NCBI GenBank assembly: GCA_035705295.1
Contig: DASSWG010000006.1
Coordinates: 3,327 to 67,326, forward strand
Direction of reading: 5' to 3'
Source: Flavobacteriaceae bacterium
GTDB lineage: Bacteria; Bacteroidota; Bacteroidia; Flavobacteriales; Flavobacteriaceae
DNA length: 64,000 bases
Shown here: positions 44,378 through 53,193 of the stretch, piece after piece
Position numbering within the stretch: the stretch's first letter is position 1
How the letters are laid out: every line of letters begins with the position of its first letter
Notes under the pieces: generated by a model
What the model was told of the DNA's origin: nothing
The model's input: the letters and a program-made list of their open reading frames with translations, nothing else
Database searches by the model: none
Translations under genes and position numbers: made by a program

Positions 44378-45106
44378 TTATTTCGAAGCTTTTTCGTGTT
44401 CGTCCATGGTGTGGTACACGTTCTGCACATCGTCGTCCTCTTCAATTTTTTCCAGTAATTTTTCCACATCGGCCTCTTCTTCGGCGGTCAAGGTTTTGGT
44501 GGTTTGCGGAATGCGCTCAAAACCCGATGACAGAATTTCAATGTTCCGATCTTCCAATTCTTTTTGAATGGCACCAAAACTTTCGAAAGGCGCATAAATC
44601 AACACGCCATCTTCATCCTCGAAAACTTCTTCGGCCCCGAAATCAATAAATTCAAGCTCCAATTCTTCCACATCGAGGCCTTCTGCCGGAATTCGGAAGT
44701 TACAGGTGTGGTCGAACATAAATTCTACCGAGCCCGAGGTTCCCAAATTTCCGTCGCATTTGTTGAAATAGGAGCGGATGTTGGCCACCGTTCGGTTGTT
44801 GTTGTCGGTCGCGGTTTCGATCAATATTGCAATTCCGTGTGGGGCGTAACCTTCAAAAAGTACGGTTTTGTACTCGCCCAAACTTTTATCGGACGCGCGT
44901 TTGATGGCGCGCTCAATATTTTCTTTGGGCATGTTCACACTTTTCGCGTTTTGGATCACCGCCCGAAGTTTGGAGTTGGCATCGGGATCCGGACCACCTT
45001 CTTTCACGGCCATTACAATATCTTTTCCAATTCTGGTGAATGCCTTGGCCATGGCCGACCAGCGTTTCATTTTTCGTGCTTTTCTGAATTCGAATGCTCT
45101 TCCCAT
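44378..45106 (-). CDS. YebC/PmpR family DNA-binding transcriptional regulator
   Basis: 242 aa. MGRAFEFRKARKMKRWSAMAKAFTRIGKDI..GGPDPDANSKLR.. is the canonical YebC N-terminus. Confidence 0.92.
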   Translation of the reverse strand: MGRAFEFRKARKMKRWSAMAKAFTRIGKDIVMAVKEGGPDPDANSKLRAVIQNAKSVNMPKENIERAIKRASDKSLGEYKTVLFEGYAPHGIAILIETATDNNNRTVANIRSYFNKCDGNLGTSGSVEFMFDHTCNFRIPAEGLDVEELELEFIDFGAEEVFEDEDGVLIYAPFESFGAIQKELEDRNIEILSSGFERIPQTTKTLTAEEEADVEKLLEKIEEDDDVQNVYHTMDEHEKASK

Positions 45107-45209
45107 AAAAAAATTAATTACCGCGTAAAAATAAAAAACCTTTGGTTAATTGCACAGTTTCTGTTTTAGAAGTTTGTGCAATTAAGAAAAGGAGTTCTTC
45201 AAAAGTGTT

Positions 45210-45497
45210 TTAAGGGGTTTCAACAATCGATTCGATGGTTTTGGCAAGGTCGAAATCTTTTTGGGTGACACCCCCAGCGTCGTGCGTCGAAAGCGAAATG
45301 GAAAGTTGGTTGTACACGTTCGTCCATTTTGGATGATGTTGTTGGGCCTCGGCTTCAAAAGCAATACGCGCCATCAAGCTGAATGTTTCCTTAAAATTTT
45401 GAAATTCAAAAACCGTGTGGATCGCTCCTTCGTCATATTCCCAACCGGGAAGTGCTTCAAGTTTGTTTTTGATTTCTTTTTCAGTCAGTTTTTTCAT
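45210..45497 (-). CDS. 4a-hydroxytetrahydrobiopterin dehydratase (pterin-4-alpha-carbinolamine dehydratase)
   Basis: 95 aa. ..LPGWEY.., ..AEAQQHHPKWTNVYNQLSISLSTHDAGGVT.. is the PCD signature. Confidence 0.9.
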   Translation of the reverse strand: MKKLTEKEIKNKLEALPGWEYDEGAIHTVFEFQNFKETFSLMARIAFEAEAQQHHPKWTNVYNQLSISLSTHDAGGVTQKDFDLAKTIESIVETP

Positions 45498-45507
45498 GGA
45501 TTATTTT

Positions 45508-46218
45508 TTAAGATTTTTCATTTTTTTCAAACTTCCAACGTTCGCCTTCGTCCCAGGCTTTTCTGGAATTTCCATAGGCGGGGTAGCCATCTTGGTTTTT
45601 CAACATTTTTGCCAGGTGCAATAAATTGTAGGTCATAAAAGTGGTGTTCCGATTGGTGAACTCGTGATTTTTTGCGTCGGCCTCCGGATCGAGATAACTG
45701 GGGCCTGGGCCGATTTCGCCAATCCATCCGCAATCGGCTTGCGGCGGAATGCTGTAGCCGAGGTGCGACAATGCATACAAAATTCCGCTGGAACAGTGTT
45801 TCACGCCGTCCTCGTTCCCGGTAATGATGCAACCGCCAGCTTTTCCGTAATAGACATATTGTCCTTTTTCGTTTTGTTTGCCGCTCATTGCGTACAATCG
45901 TTCAATAAGCAAACTGGCGACCGCTGAACGTTCGCCCAACCATATCGGCGAACCGACGACCAATATGTCCGCAGATAAAATTTGCCGATAAAGTTGTGGC
46001 CACTCGTCTTTTTCGACTCCCTTTTTGGTCATGTCGGGTTGCACGCCGAACGCCACGTCAAAATCAACCAAACGAATGTGGTCCACTTCAACACCTTCAG
46101 CTTTCATGATGTTCGCGGAAACATCAATCAATCCGCGCGTGTTGCTGATTTCCGGACTTTTTTTCAAGGTACAGTTCACAAAACAAGCTTTCAAATTTTT
46201 AAAATCGGGGTTTTTCAT
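45508..46218 (-). CDS. flavodoxin-like fold NAD(P)H-dependent FMN reductase family protein
   Basis: Starts MKNPDFKNLKACFVNCTLKKSP at 46218. ..ADILVVGSPIWLGERS.. is the typical FMN_red motif. Confidence 0.75.
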   Translation of the reverse strand: MKNPDFKNLKACFVNCTLKKSPEISNTRGLIDVSANIMKAEGVEVDHIRLVDFDVAFGVQPDMTKKGVEKDEWPQLYRQILSADILVVGSPIWLGERSAVASLLIERLYAMSGKQNEKGQYVYYGKAGGCIITGNEDGVKHCSSGILYALSHLGYSIPPQADCGWIGEIGPGPSYLDPEADAKNHEFTNRNTTFMTYNLLHLAKMLKNQDGYPAYGNSRKAWDEGERWKFEKNEKS

Positions 46219-46291
46219 TTGTGCTGAATTTGATTTCAAGGTAATAATAACCCACAACGAAAAAGGACTTAAAAACCTGTTTAGTAAAAGA

Positions 46292-47098
46292 TTAACAGTT
46301 TTTTAGTGCACAATGGCCTACAATTTCAGCAATCGTGGTCTGTAAGTTTTGGGGCAACAACCTGTCTTTGGGCAAAACTGCCAAAAATCGATCTTCGTTT
46401 GAGCTGTAGGCGCGTTTGAAAATGGGGGATTCGATTTTCAACTGCTTGCAGATATCTTCGATCAGTTCGTGGTGGTGCACCAAATCTTTGCTTCCCAAAT
46501 GAAAAATCCCGTGCTTGCCTTGGTTGATGATAAAATGAATTTGTTGGGAAAGTTTTTGATGTGAAGCGGCATTGATCACCACGTTCGGAAAAACCTCGAT
46601 GGCCTCGTGCAAGCCCGCCAGTTGTTTTATTTCTTGGACCCGGGGCGAATTTGCGCCAAAAACCATCGGCAAGCGTGCGATGACGTATTTTTCGGAAGGA
46701 AGCCGAAGCAGGGCGTTTTCAATTTTTATTTTGAACCTTCCATAAACGCTATCGGACAATGTTTTGTCAAATTCGTAGGAAGGATAGTTTGTGAACGCAT
46801 CGAACACATTTGCGGACGACAAAAAGATCAATTTTCCGTCGCTTCGGGTTAGGAAGTCGATGATTTCCTGATGCGCGTGGATTTGTGCTTGAAAACTTCC
46901 TCTTAGCGCAGAAACCACAATGTTGGGTTTTAAATTTTTCAACAAAGGGGCAAGCGGTTCTTTTTCCAAATCCCAAGCGTGGAATTTTTTGTTCTTCCGA
47001 AAATGGGTTTTCGTGGAATAGGTGCCATGAACGTCAAAATAGGCTTGCAGTTCTTTGTACAGCACGTTTCCCAAAAATCCACTTGCGCCGAGGATCAA
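46292..47098 (-). CDS. NAD(P)-dependent sugar-nucleotide reductase/epimerase-like protein (RmlD substrate-binding-domain type); start codon uncertain
   Basis: Rossmann motif ILGASGFLG at the N-terminus. The frame stays open upstream (..KKILILGASG) with no ATG. TTG at 47098 is taken from the ORF track. Confidence 0.7.
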   Translation of the reverse strand: MILGASGFLGNVLYKELQAYFDVHGTYSTKTHFRKNKKFHAWDLEKEPLAPLLKNLKPNIVVSALRGSFQAQIHAHQEIIDFLTRSDGKLIFLSSANVFDAFTNYPSYEFDKTLSDSVYGRFKIKIENALLRLPSEKYVIARLPMVFGANSPRVQEIKQLAGLHEAIEVFPNVVINAASHQKLSQQIHFIINQGKHGIFHLGSKDLVHHHELIEDICKQLKIESPIFKRAYSSNEDRFLAVLPKDRLLPQNLQTTIAEIVGHCALKNC

Positions 47099-47217
47099 TA
47101 TTTTCTTTGAATTTTGGATAATGTTGAATTTAGTATGCTTTCATAGAACGTATGGGAAAGAAAACGCGTATGAACAGCTAAAAAAAGAACCGAATTTTGA
47201 TTGCCGGAAAAGCGGGG

Positions 47218-48300
47218 TCAATTTTTATAAAAAGGCAATTTAACGATTTCCGCAGGAACCCTTTTTTTTCGGATTTGGATGAATATTTTTTCCCCGACTT
47301 TGCTTTTTTCGGTTTTCACATAACCCAAACCAATGGGTTTTCCCAAACTTGGTGACATGGTTCCGGAAGTTGTTATTCCAATGGAGTTGCCATTTTCGTC
47401 AACGATTTCATAATCTTTCCGCGGAATGCCTTTTTCGGTCAGTTCAAAAGCCACCAGTTTTCGTTCCGGGCCGTTTTCCTTTTCCTTTTTTAAAGCCTCG
47501 CAATTGGTAAATTCTTTGGTGAATTTGGTGATCCAGCCCAAACCGGCTTCGATGGGCGAGGTGGTTTCGTCAATATCGTTTCCGTACAAACAGAAGCCCA
47601 TTTCCAAACGCAGGGTGTCGCGTGCGGCCAGCCCAATGGGTTTTATGCCAAAATCGGCTCCGGCTTCCATAACCTTTTCCCAAATTTGTTCCACTTCGTC
47701 GTTTTTGCAATATATTTCGAATCCGCCACTGCCGGTATAACCGGTAGCCGAAATGATAACGTGCTCAATGCCCGCGAAATCGGCCACTTCAAAATGATAA
47801 AATTTTATTTTGGAAAGATCAATGCTCGTTAGCGATTGCATGGCTTCGACAGCTTTTGGGCCTTGTATTGCCAAAAGCGAAAATTCATCGGAAAGGTCTT
47901 TCATGTCGGCATCCATGTCGTTGTGCTGGGAAATCCAATTCCAATCTTTGTCAATGTTGGAAGCGTTCACCACTAACAAATATTTTTCTTCGTTCAAACG
48001 GTAAACGATCAAATCGTCCACAATTCCTCCCGTTTCATTTGGCATGCACGTATATTGTGCTTTTCCATCGTTAAGCTGGGAAGCATCGTTCGAACAAATT
48101 TTTTGGATCAACGCCAGGGCATTTGGGCCGGAAATCAAAAATTCCCCCATGTGCGAAACATCGAAAACGCCCAATTTTTCGCGAACGGTTTGGTGTTCTG
48201 CATTGACCCCTTCATAGGAAACGGGCATATTGTAACCCGCGAAAGGGACAATTTTTGCGCCCAATTCTTCATGTATTTTGGTAAGTGCTGTGTTTTTCAT
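47218..48300 (-). CDS. gcvT: glycine cleavage system aminomethyltransferase GcvT
   Basis: Starts [29 protein letters not shown] at 48300. ..[10 protein letters not shown].., ..[15 protein letters not shown].., ..[17 protein letters not shown]... Confidence 0.95.
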   Translation of the reverse strand: MKNTALTKIHEELGAKIVPFAGYNMPVSYEGVNAEHQTVREKLGVFDVSHMGEFLISGPNALALIQKICSNDASQLNDGKAQYTCMPNETGGIVDDLIVYRLNEEKYLLVVNASNIDKDWNWISQHNDMDADMKDLSDEFSLLAIQGPKAVEAMQSLTSIDLSKIKFYHFEVADFAGIEHVIISATGYTGSGGFEIYCKNDEVEQIWEKVMEAGADFGIKPIGLAARDTLRLEMGFCLYGNDIDETTSPIEAGLGWITKFTKEFTNCEALKKEKENGPERKLVAFELTEKGIPRKDYEIVDENGNSIGITTSGTMSPSLGKPIGLGYVKTEKSKVGEKIFIQIRKKRVPAEIVKLPFYKN

Positions 48301-48366
48301 ATCCTTTTTTCGACCCCGAATTTCCGGAAATATTTTTGCCGGAAAGTCTTTATTGTAAATGTTTGG

Positions 48367-48374
48367 CAAATTTA
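48367..48374 (-). promoter_or_regulatory. putative -7 promoter box (TAaaTTTG on minus strand) of gcvT
   Basis: The plus-strand sequence caaattta lies 66 nt upstream of the ATG at 48300. Confidence 0.4.
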
Positions 48375-48479
48375 AGTTTTTGATTGGGATTTGCTTGCGA
48401 TCCTTGTGTTTTTTTACACGGCTTTTTAAAACACGGAACTTGTGCTATCTTTACGCTGTAACCAATTTAGAGGAAGCTT

Positions 48480-50027
48480 ATGAAGATTTTGACCGCCAAG
48501 CAATTGAAAACAGCGGATGAAACCACGCTTAAAAACCAAAAAATTTCTTCAGTGGAATTGATGGAACGTGCGGCAACATTGGCTTTTCAAGAAATACATG
48601 CAAGTTTGAACAATGCCCAAACCCAGATAAAAGTTTTTTGCGGCGTTGGCAACAATGGCGGTGACGGCTTGGTGATCGCCCGCTTATTGCTCGAAAATGG
48701 GTACGATGTGACCACTTTTGTGGTAAATTACAGCGACAACCGCTCGGAGGAATTTTTGGCCAACTATGATCGAATTAAAGAAATTGGAAAAAAATGGCCC
48801 GAGTTGTTGACTTCATCCAGTGATTTACCGAAAATTTCGGAAAATGATTTGGTGATCGATGCCATTTTTGGAATTGGATTGAACCGTTCTTTGGATGCCT
48901 GGGTGGCAAATTTAATTTCTCACATCAACCGTTCGAATGCTTTTTTGATTTCGATCGATATGCCTTCGGGTTTGTTTTTCGACAAAATTCCCGTAAAAAA
49001 GGAAGCAGCCATCAAAGCTAATGTGACCCTCACTTTCCAAACGCCCAAACTGGTGTTCTTTTTGCCACAAACCGCTTCTTATGTTGGCGATTTTTATGTG
49101 ATCGATATAGGTTTGGACCGGGAATATCTTCAAAATGTGGAAGCCGAAGCAGAATTGATCGGTAAAGAAGAAGTGTTGCCGATGTACCGGCCGCGCAAAA
49201 AATTTTCACACAAAGGAACCTATGGACATGTTTTGGTAGCGGGCGGATCGTATGGAAAAATGGGAAGCGTGGTTTTGGCTTCGACAGCTGCTTTGCGGGT
49301 TGGCGCCGGAATGGTCACGGCGATGGTTCCAAAATGCGGTTATTCGATTTTGCAAACGGCTTTGCCGGAAGCGATGGTCGTTACTTCCGAAACAGAAAAT
49401 TTTCTCTCCGAAACAGCACCCGGTTTCGAACCCGATGTGGTTTGTTTTGGAATGGGCGCAGAAAAAAACCCGGAAACCGTAAAGGCTTTCGAGAATATTT
49501 TGAACTCCACAAAAAAACCAATGCTGATCGATGCCGACGGGTTGAACATGTTGTCCGAAAACCCGGAAATGTTGAAAAAAATCCCAAAAAATTCAATTTT
49601 GACCCCACATCCAAAAGAACTGGAACGCTTGCTCGGGATTTGGAAAGACGATTTCGACAAGCTGAAAAAAGCAAAAGCATTTTCAAAAAAACACAAAATA
49701 ATTTTGGTGATAAAAGGTGCCCATAGCATTGTTGTGGAAGAAAATAAACTATACATCAACACCACCGGAAACCCCGGAATGGCCACGGCGGGAAGTGGCG
49801 ATGTGCTTGTCGGTACGATCGCCGGATTGCTTTCTCAAGGCTATTACCCATTGACCGCCGCTGTTTTTGGGGTCTATTTGCACGGAAAAGCAGGCGATAT
49901 TGCAGCCGGGGAATATAGTTTCGAAGGAATGATCGCGGGCGATATTCCATTGCACCTTGGCGACGCGGTATTGGATTTGTTCCAACGGGAAAATAACCCT
50001 CCACCGCCGGAAGAAAAACCGGAATAA
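48480..50027 (+). CDS. nnr: bifunctional NAD(P)H-hydrate epimerase / ADP-dependent NAD(P)H-hydrate dehydratase
   Basis: 515 aa. N-terminal YjeF_N (..VFCGVGNNGGDGLVIARLL..) and C-terminal carbohydrate-kinase domain (..HKGTYGHVLVAGGSYGKMGS.., ..NPGMATAGSGDVL..). Confidence 0.9.
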   Translation: MKILTAKQLKTADETTLKNQKISSVELMERAATLAFQEIHASLNNAQTQIKVFCGVGNNGGDGLVIARLLLENGYDVTTFVVNYSDNRSEEFLANYDRIKEIGKKWPELLTSSSDLPKISENDLVIDAIFGIGLNRSLDAWVANLISHINRSNAFLISIDMPSGLFFDKIPVKKEAAIKANVTLTFQTPKLVFFLPQTASYVGDFYVIDIGLDREYLQNVEAEAELIGKEEVLPMYRPRKKFSHKGTYGHVLVAGGSYGKMGSVVLASTAALRVGAGMVTAMVPKCGYSILQTALPEAMVVTSETENFLSETAPGFEPDVVCFGMGAEKNPETVKAFENILNSTKKPMLIDADGLNMLSENPEMLKKIPKNSILTPHPKELERLLGIWKDDFDKLKKAKAFSKKHKIILVIKGAHSIVVEENKLYINTTGNPGMATAGSGDVLVGTIAGLLSQGYYPLTAAVFGVYLHGKAGDIAAGEYSFEGMIAGDIPLHLGDAVLDLFQRENNPPPPEEKPE

Positions 50028-50060
50028 AAAAACCGACCGGTTTTCAAAACGGTCGGTTTT
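50025..50060. terminator. bidirectional rho-independent terminator between the nnr (+) and TlpA-like (-) genes
   Basis: aaccgaccg / cggtcggtt 9-bp stem flanked by an A-run and a T-run. Confidence 0.75.
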
Positions 50061-50078
50061 GGTTGTACAGAATCTTTT

Positions 50079-51437
50079 TTAAATTCCCACTTCTTCAAAC
50101 AAATTAATCAATTCCGGATCGGAGGGGCGAGGGGCGTTCGCCGAAACAATGTTTCCTTGTGGATCCACCAAAATGAACCTCGGAATCCCGTTGATGGCAT
50201 AGTTTTGAACAAACTCGGAATCCCACGCGTTATCGGCGATCAATTGAATGCCGCCCAATTCTTTTTCGGTGACCATTTTCTTCCATTTTTCATAAGCATT
50301 TTCCGTATCGATTGAAATGCTGACAAAATGAATGTTTTTTCCGTGATAGTTTTTTTCAATTTTTTGTAAAGCTGGAATTTGTGCCAAACAAGGTCCGCAC
50401 CACGTGGCCCAAACATCAATGTAAACATGTTTTCCACGCAGGTCTCCCAAGGAGGTTTCACCACCTTTGTAGTTTTCATATGTGAAAGTGGGCGAGGGGT
50501 TCCCTTTTTTTAATTGTTGTATTTTTTTGAAACGAACGGTCAATTCTTCTTTGAACTTAGTGTCCGAAGAACGTTGCATAATGTTGTCGTAAATCTCTTT
50601 GTTGTCCTCGTTTCCGGGACGGATCCGGTAGGAGATACGTTGCAGTCCGGTGGTTTTTATGTTTTCGCTTTCCAACCGGTCAAGGTAGGCAAAAGCTTTA
50701 TCGCTGTAGGAAGCGCTGGTGTCGGTTTGTACGGAAGTGGCTTTCGAAAAATCGATCATCACCAATTGTTGGTATGCGTCGAAATTTTCAAAATCTTCAG
50801 CATTGTCCAAATTGATTTCCGGGCCCACAAAACCCTTTGTGAGGCTGTCTTTCCCCATTCGTTGGTAAATAAAGGCTTGGCGTTCCAATGCCAAGGCTTT
50901 TTTGTAATGAATGGCCTTTTCTTCCATTGCCACAAAACTGGAATCCAATTTATTGGTGTGCAACAAATCCAAATATTTTTGTTCGTTTTTGTCCACGATC
51001 ATTGCCAAGGAATCCAACCCAATTTCATTTTGCATGATTTCTTTTGGAGAAATATCGATTTTTTCCGACAACAGGAATTTTTTCACCAAATAATTGTTTT
51101 CCGCAGAATTGTCACCGGTATATCGAATGCTTTCATCAAACTGTTTCGTGTTCAAACTGATGGATACCCTGGTTTCCGGGACCAGGTACATCCGAGTGAT
51201 TTCCCGATCGACGCGCAATGTGTAGTAACCAGCTATGGGCAAATCCAACGTATCGGAGAACGAGCCGTCTTTGTTCAAAGCGATTTTTTCAACAAATTCA
51301 CCTCGGGAAACCGAAATGCTATCGGTCGTCATATTGTTTATTGTTCCTTTTAAAATGGTGAATTCGGGTTCTTTTTTATCGTCATTACAACCAAAAAAGA
51401 GCATGGTGGCCGCCAAAAGGCAGATTGTTTTTTTCAT
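50079..51437 (-). CDS. TlpA-family thiol:disulfide oxidoreductase lipoprotein (thioredoxin fold with long N-terminal domain)
   Basis: Lipobox MKKTICLLAATMLFFGC. C-terminal thioredoxin domain with the WATWCGPC active site. Confidence 0.85.
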   Translation of the reverse strand: MKKTICLLAATMLFFGCNDDKKEPEFTILKGTINNMTTDSISVSRGEFVEKIALNKDGSFSDTLDLPIAGYYTLRVDREITRMYLVPETRVSISLNTKQFDESIRYTGDNSAENNYLVKKFLLSEKIDISPKEIMQNEIGLDSLAMIVDKNEQKYLDLLHTNKLDSSFVAMEEKAIHYKKALALERQAFIYQRMGKDSLTKGFVGPEINLDNAEDFENFDAYQQLVMIDFSKATSVQTDTSASYSDKAFAYLDRLESENIKTTGLQRISYRIRPGNEDNKEIYDNIMQRSSDTKFKEELTVRFKKIQQLKKGNPSPTFTYENYKGGETSLGDLRGKHVYIDVWATWCGPCLAQIPALQKIEKNYHGKNIHFVSISIDTENAYEKWKKMVTEKELGGIQLIADNAWDSEFVQNYAINGIPRFILVDPQGNIVSANAPRPSDPELINLFEEVGI

Positions 51438-51575
51438 GGAAAGTGTTTTTTAAGTTCGATAAAAGTACGTTGTTTTTTTAAGTGGTGTTTTTTGTTGGGA
51501 ATATTTTTCGAAAATCCTTGGAAAATTTGTTCGATAATTGGACTTTTGGCGTGCAAAACAAATGTAGGCAAAACC

Positions 51576-53087
51576 ATGCAAGACCATCATTATATCAGTA
51601 AGGGAATATTGGACTTGGACATTGTTCAAGACATCCTTGAGACCGGAAAAAAATTGGAATTGAGCGAAGAAGCAAAAACCGCCGTTCAAAAATCAAGGAA
51701 TTATTTGAATGAAAAAATGGCGGTGAACGATCGACCAATTTATGGGATCAATACAGGTTTTGGAGCGCTTTGTAATGTCAAAATCACACCCGAAAATCTG
51801 ACTCAACTTCAGGAAAATTTGGTGGTTTCGCACGCTTGTGGCACCGGGGAAAAAGTTTCCCCAAAAATTGTACGCTTGATGTTGTTGTTGAAAATACAGT
51901 CGTTAAGCTACGGAAATTCAGGAGTTTCGATCGATTTGATTTCTCGTTTATTGGACTTCTACAACCACGATATTTTGCCCGTTGTTTTTGAACAAGGTTC
52001 TTTGGGTGCTTCGGGCGATTTGGCACCATTGGCACATTTGTCGCTGCCACTTTTGGGAAAAGGCGAAGTTTATTTTGAAGGGGAAATTCTTCCTTCGGAA
52101 AAAGTGTTGCAAAAATTCGGGTGGAAACCCTTAAAATTACAATCAAAAGAAGGCTTGGCTTTGTTGAACGGCACCCAATTTATGAGCGCACATGCGGTTT
52201 TTGCGTTGTTGGAAGGCTATAAATTATCCTATTTCGCCGATTTGATCGGTGCGGTTTCCATCGATGCTTTCAATTGCAACATGTCGCCTTTTGATCCTTT
52301 GGTGCATGAAATCCGTCCCCATCGGGGGCAAATCAAAACCGCGGAACGGATTCGGGAATTTTTAGAAGATAGTGAAATTGCCAAAGAGATCAAGCAAAAT
52401 GTGCAAGATCCTTATTCTTTCCGTTGCATTCCACAGGTTCACGGAGCGACGAAAGATACTTTACGGTTTGTGCACCAAACCGTGAAAACCGAAATCAACA
52501 GCGTTACTGACAACCCAAACATTTTTGTGTCCGACGACAAAATTATTTCCGCGGGCAATTTTCACGGACAGCCTTTGGCGTTGGCAATGGATTATTTGGC
52601 CATTGCGATGTCCGAACTTGCCAATATTTCCGAAAGAAGGATTTACCAACTGGTTTCTGGGCTCCGCGAATTGCCGGTTTTTTTGGTGGACGAACCAGGT
52701 TTGAACAGCGGGTTTATGATTCCACAATATACCGCGGCAAGTATTGTGAGCCAAAACAAACAATTGTGCACGCCGGCAAGTGTGGATTCCATTGTTTCTT
52801 CCAACGGGCAGGAAGATCATGTGAGCATGGGCGCAAATTCAGCCACTAAATTGATTCGTGTGATCGAAAATGTAAATTCTGTTTTGGCCATTGAATTGTT
52901 CAATGCTTCGCAGGCGTTGCATTACCGATCTCCGCTGAAAACGTCACCGTTTTTGGCACAAATGATCGATTTGTACCGAAAATCGGTGCCCTTGGTGAAA
53001 AAAGATACGGTAATGGCTCCAAAAATAGCAAATTCCAAAGCTTTTATGAATAGTTTTGAAATCGAAAACGAGTTGTTGTTCGGTTGA
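51576..53087 (+). CDS. hutH: histidine ammonia-lyase
   Basis: Starts MQDHHYI at 51576. MIO-forming GSLGASGDLAPLAHL. Selectivity region LQENLVVSHACGTG has the Ser-His pair of HAL rather than the His-Leu or Phe-Leu pair of TAL/PAL. Confidence 0.88.
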   Translation: MQDHHYISKGILDLDIVQDILETGKKLELSEEAKTAVQKSRNYLNEKMAVNDRPIYGINTGFGALCNVKITPENLTQLQENLVVSHACGTGEKVSPKIVRLMLLLKIQSLSYGNSGVSIDLISRLLDFYNHDILPVVFEQGSLGASGDLAPLAHLSLPLLGKGEVYFEGEILPSEKVLQKFGWKPLKLQSKEGLALLNGTQFMSAHAVFALLEGYKLSYFADLIGAVSIDAFNCNMSPFDPLVHEIRPHRGQIKTAERIREFLEDSEIAKEIKQNVQDPYSFRCIPQVHGATKDTLRFVHQTVKTEINSVTDNPNIFVSDDKIISAGNFHGQPLALAMDYLAIAMSELANISERRIYQLVSGLRELPVFLVDEPGLNSGFMIPQYTAASIVSQNKQLCTPASVDSIVSSNGQEDHVSMGANSATKLIRVIENVNSVLAIELFNASQALHYRSPLKTSPFLAQMIDLYRKSVPLVKKDTVMAPKIANSKAFMNSFEIENELLFG

Positions 53088-53116
53088 TTTTCCTTCTAAA
53101 ATTAGCGCCATCCATC

Positions 53117-53160
53117 AAAAAAGCCCGTTCCGATTTTAAATTTGGAACGGGCTCTTTATT
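53117..53160. terminator. bidirectional rho-independent terminator between hutH (+) and clpC (-)
   Basis: agcccgttcc / ggaacgggct 10-bp stem. The A-run upstream gives a strong U-run on the minus strand. Confidence 0.7.
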
Positions 53161-53193
53161 GCTTGTTTAAATTTTCTATTGGACAAAGCCTAT

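Noticed and set aside
45143-45185. 11-bp inverted repeat TTAATTGCACA-N18-TGTGCAATTAA between the pterin dehydratase and YebC genes, considered as a regulator binding site
   Set aside because: Its position immediately downstream of the dehydratase stop, and the U-rich run that follows on the minus strand (..ccaaaggtttttta), fit a plain transcription terminator hairpin better.
48301-48374. Possible glycine riboswitch in the gcvT leader
   Set aside because: The leader from the putative -7 box is only ~60 nt and contains just one simple 7-bp hairpin (tttccgg/ccggaaa). It is far too short and lacks the conserved glycine-aptamer cores.
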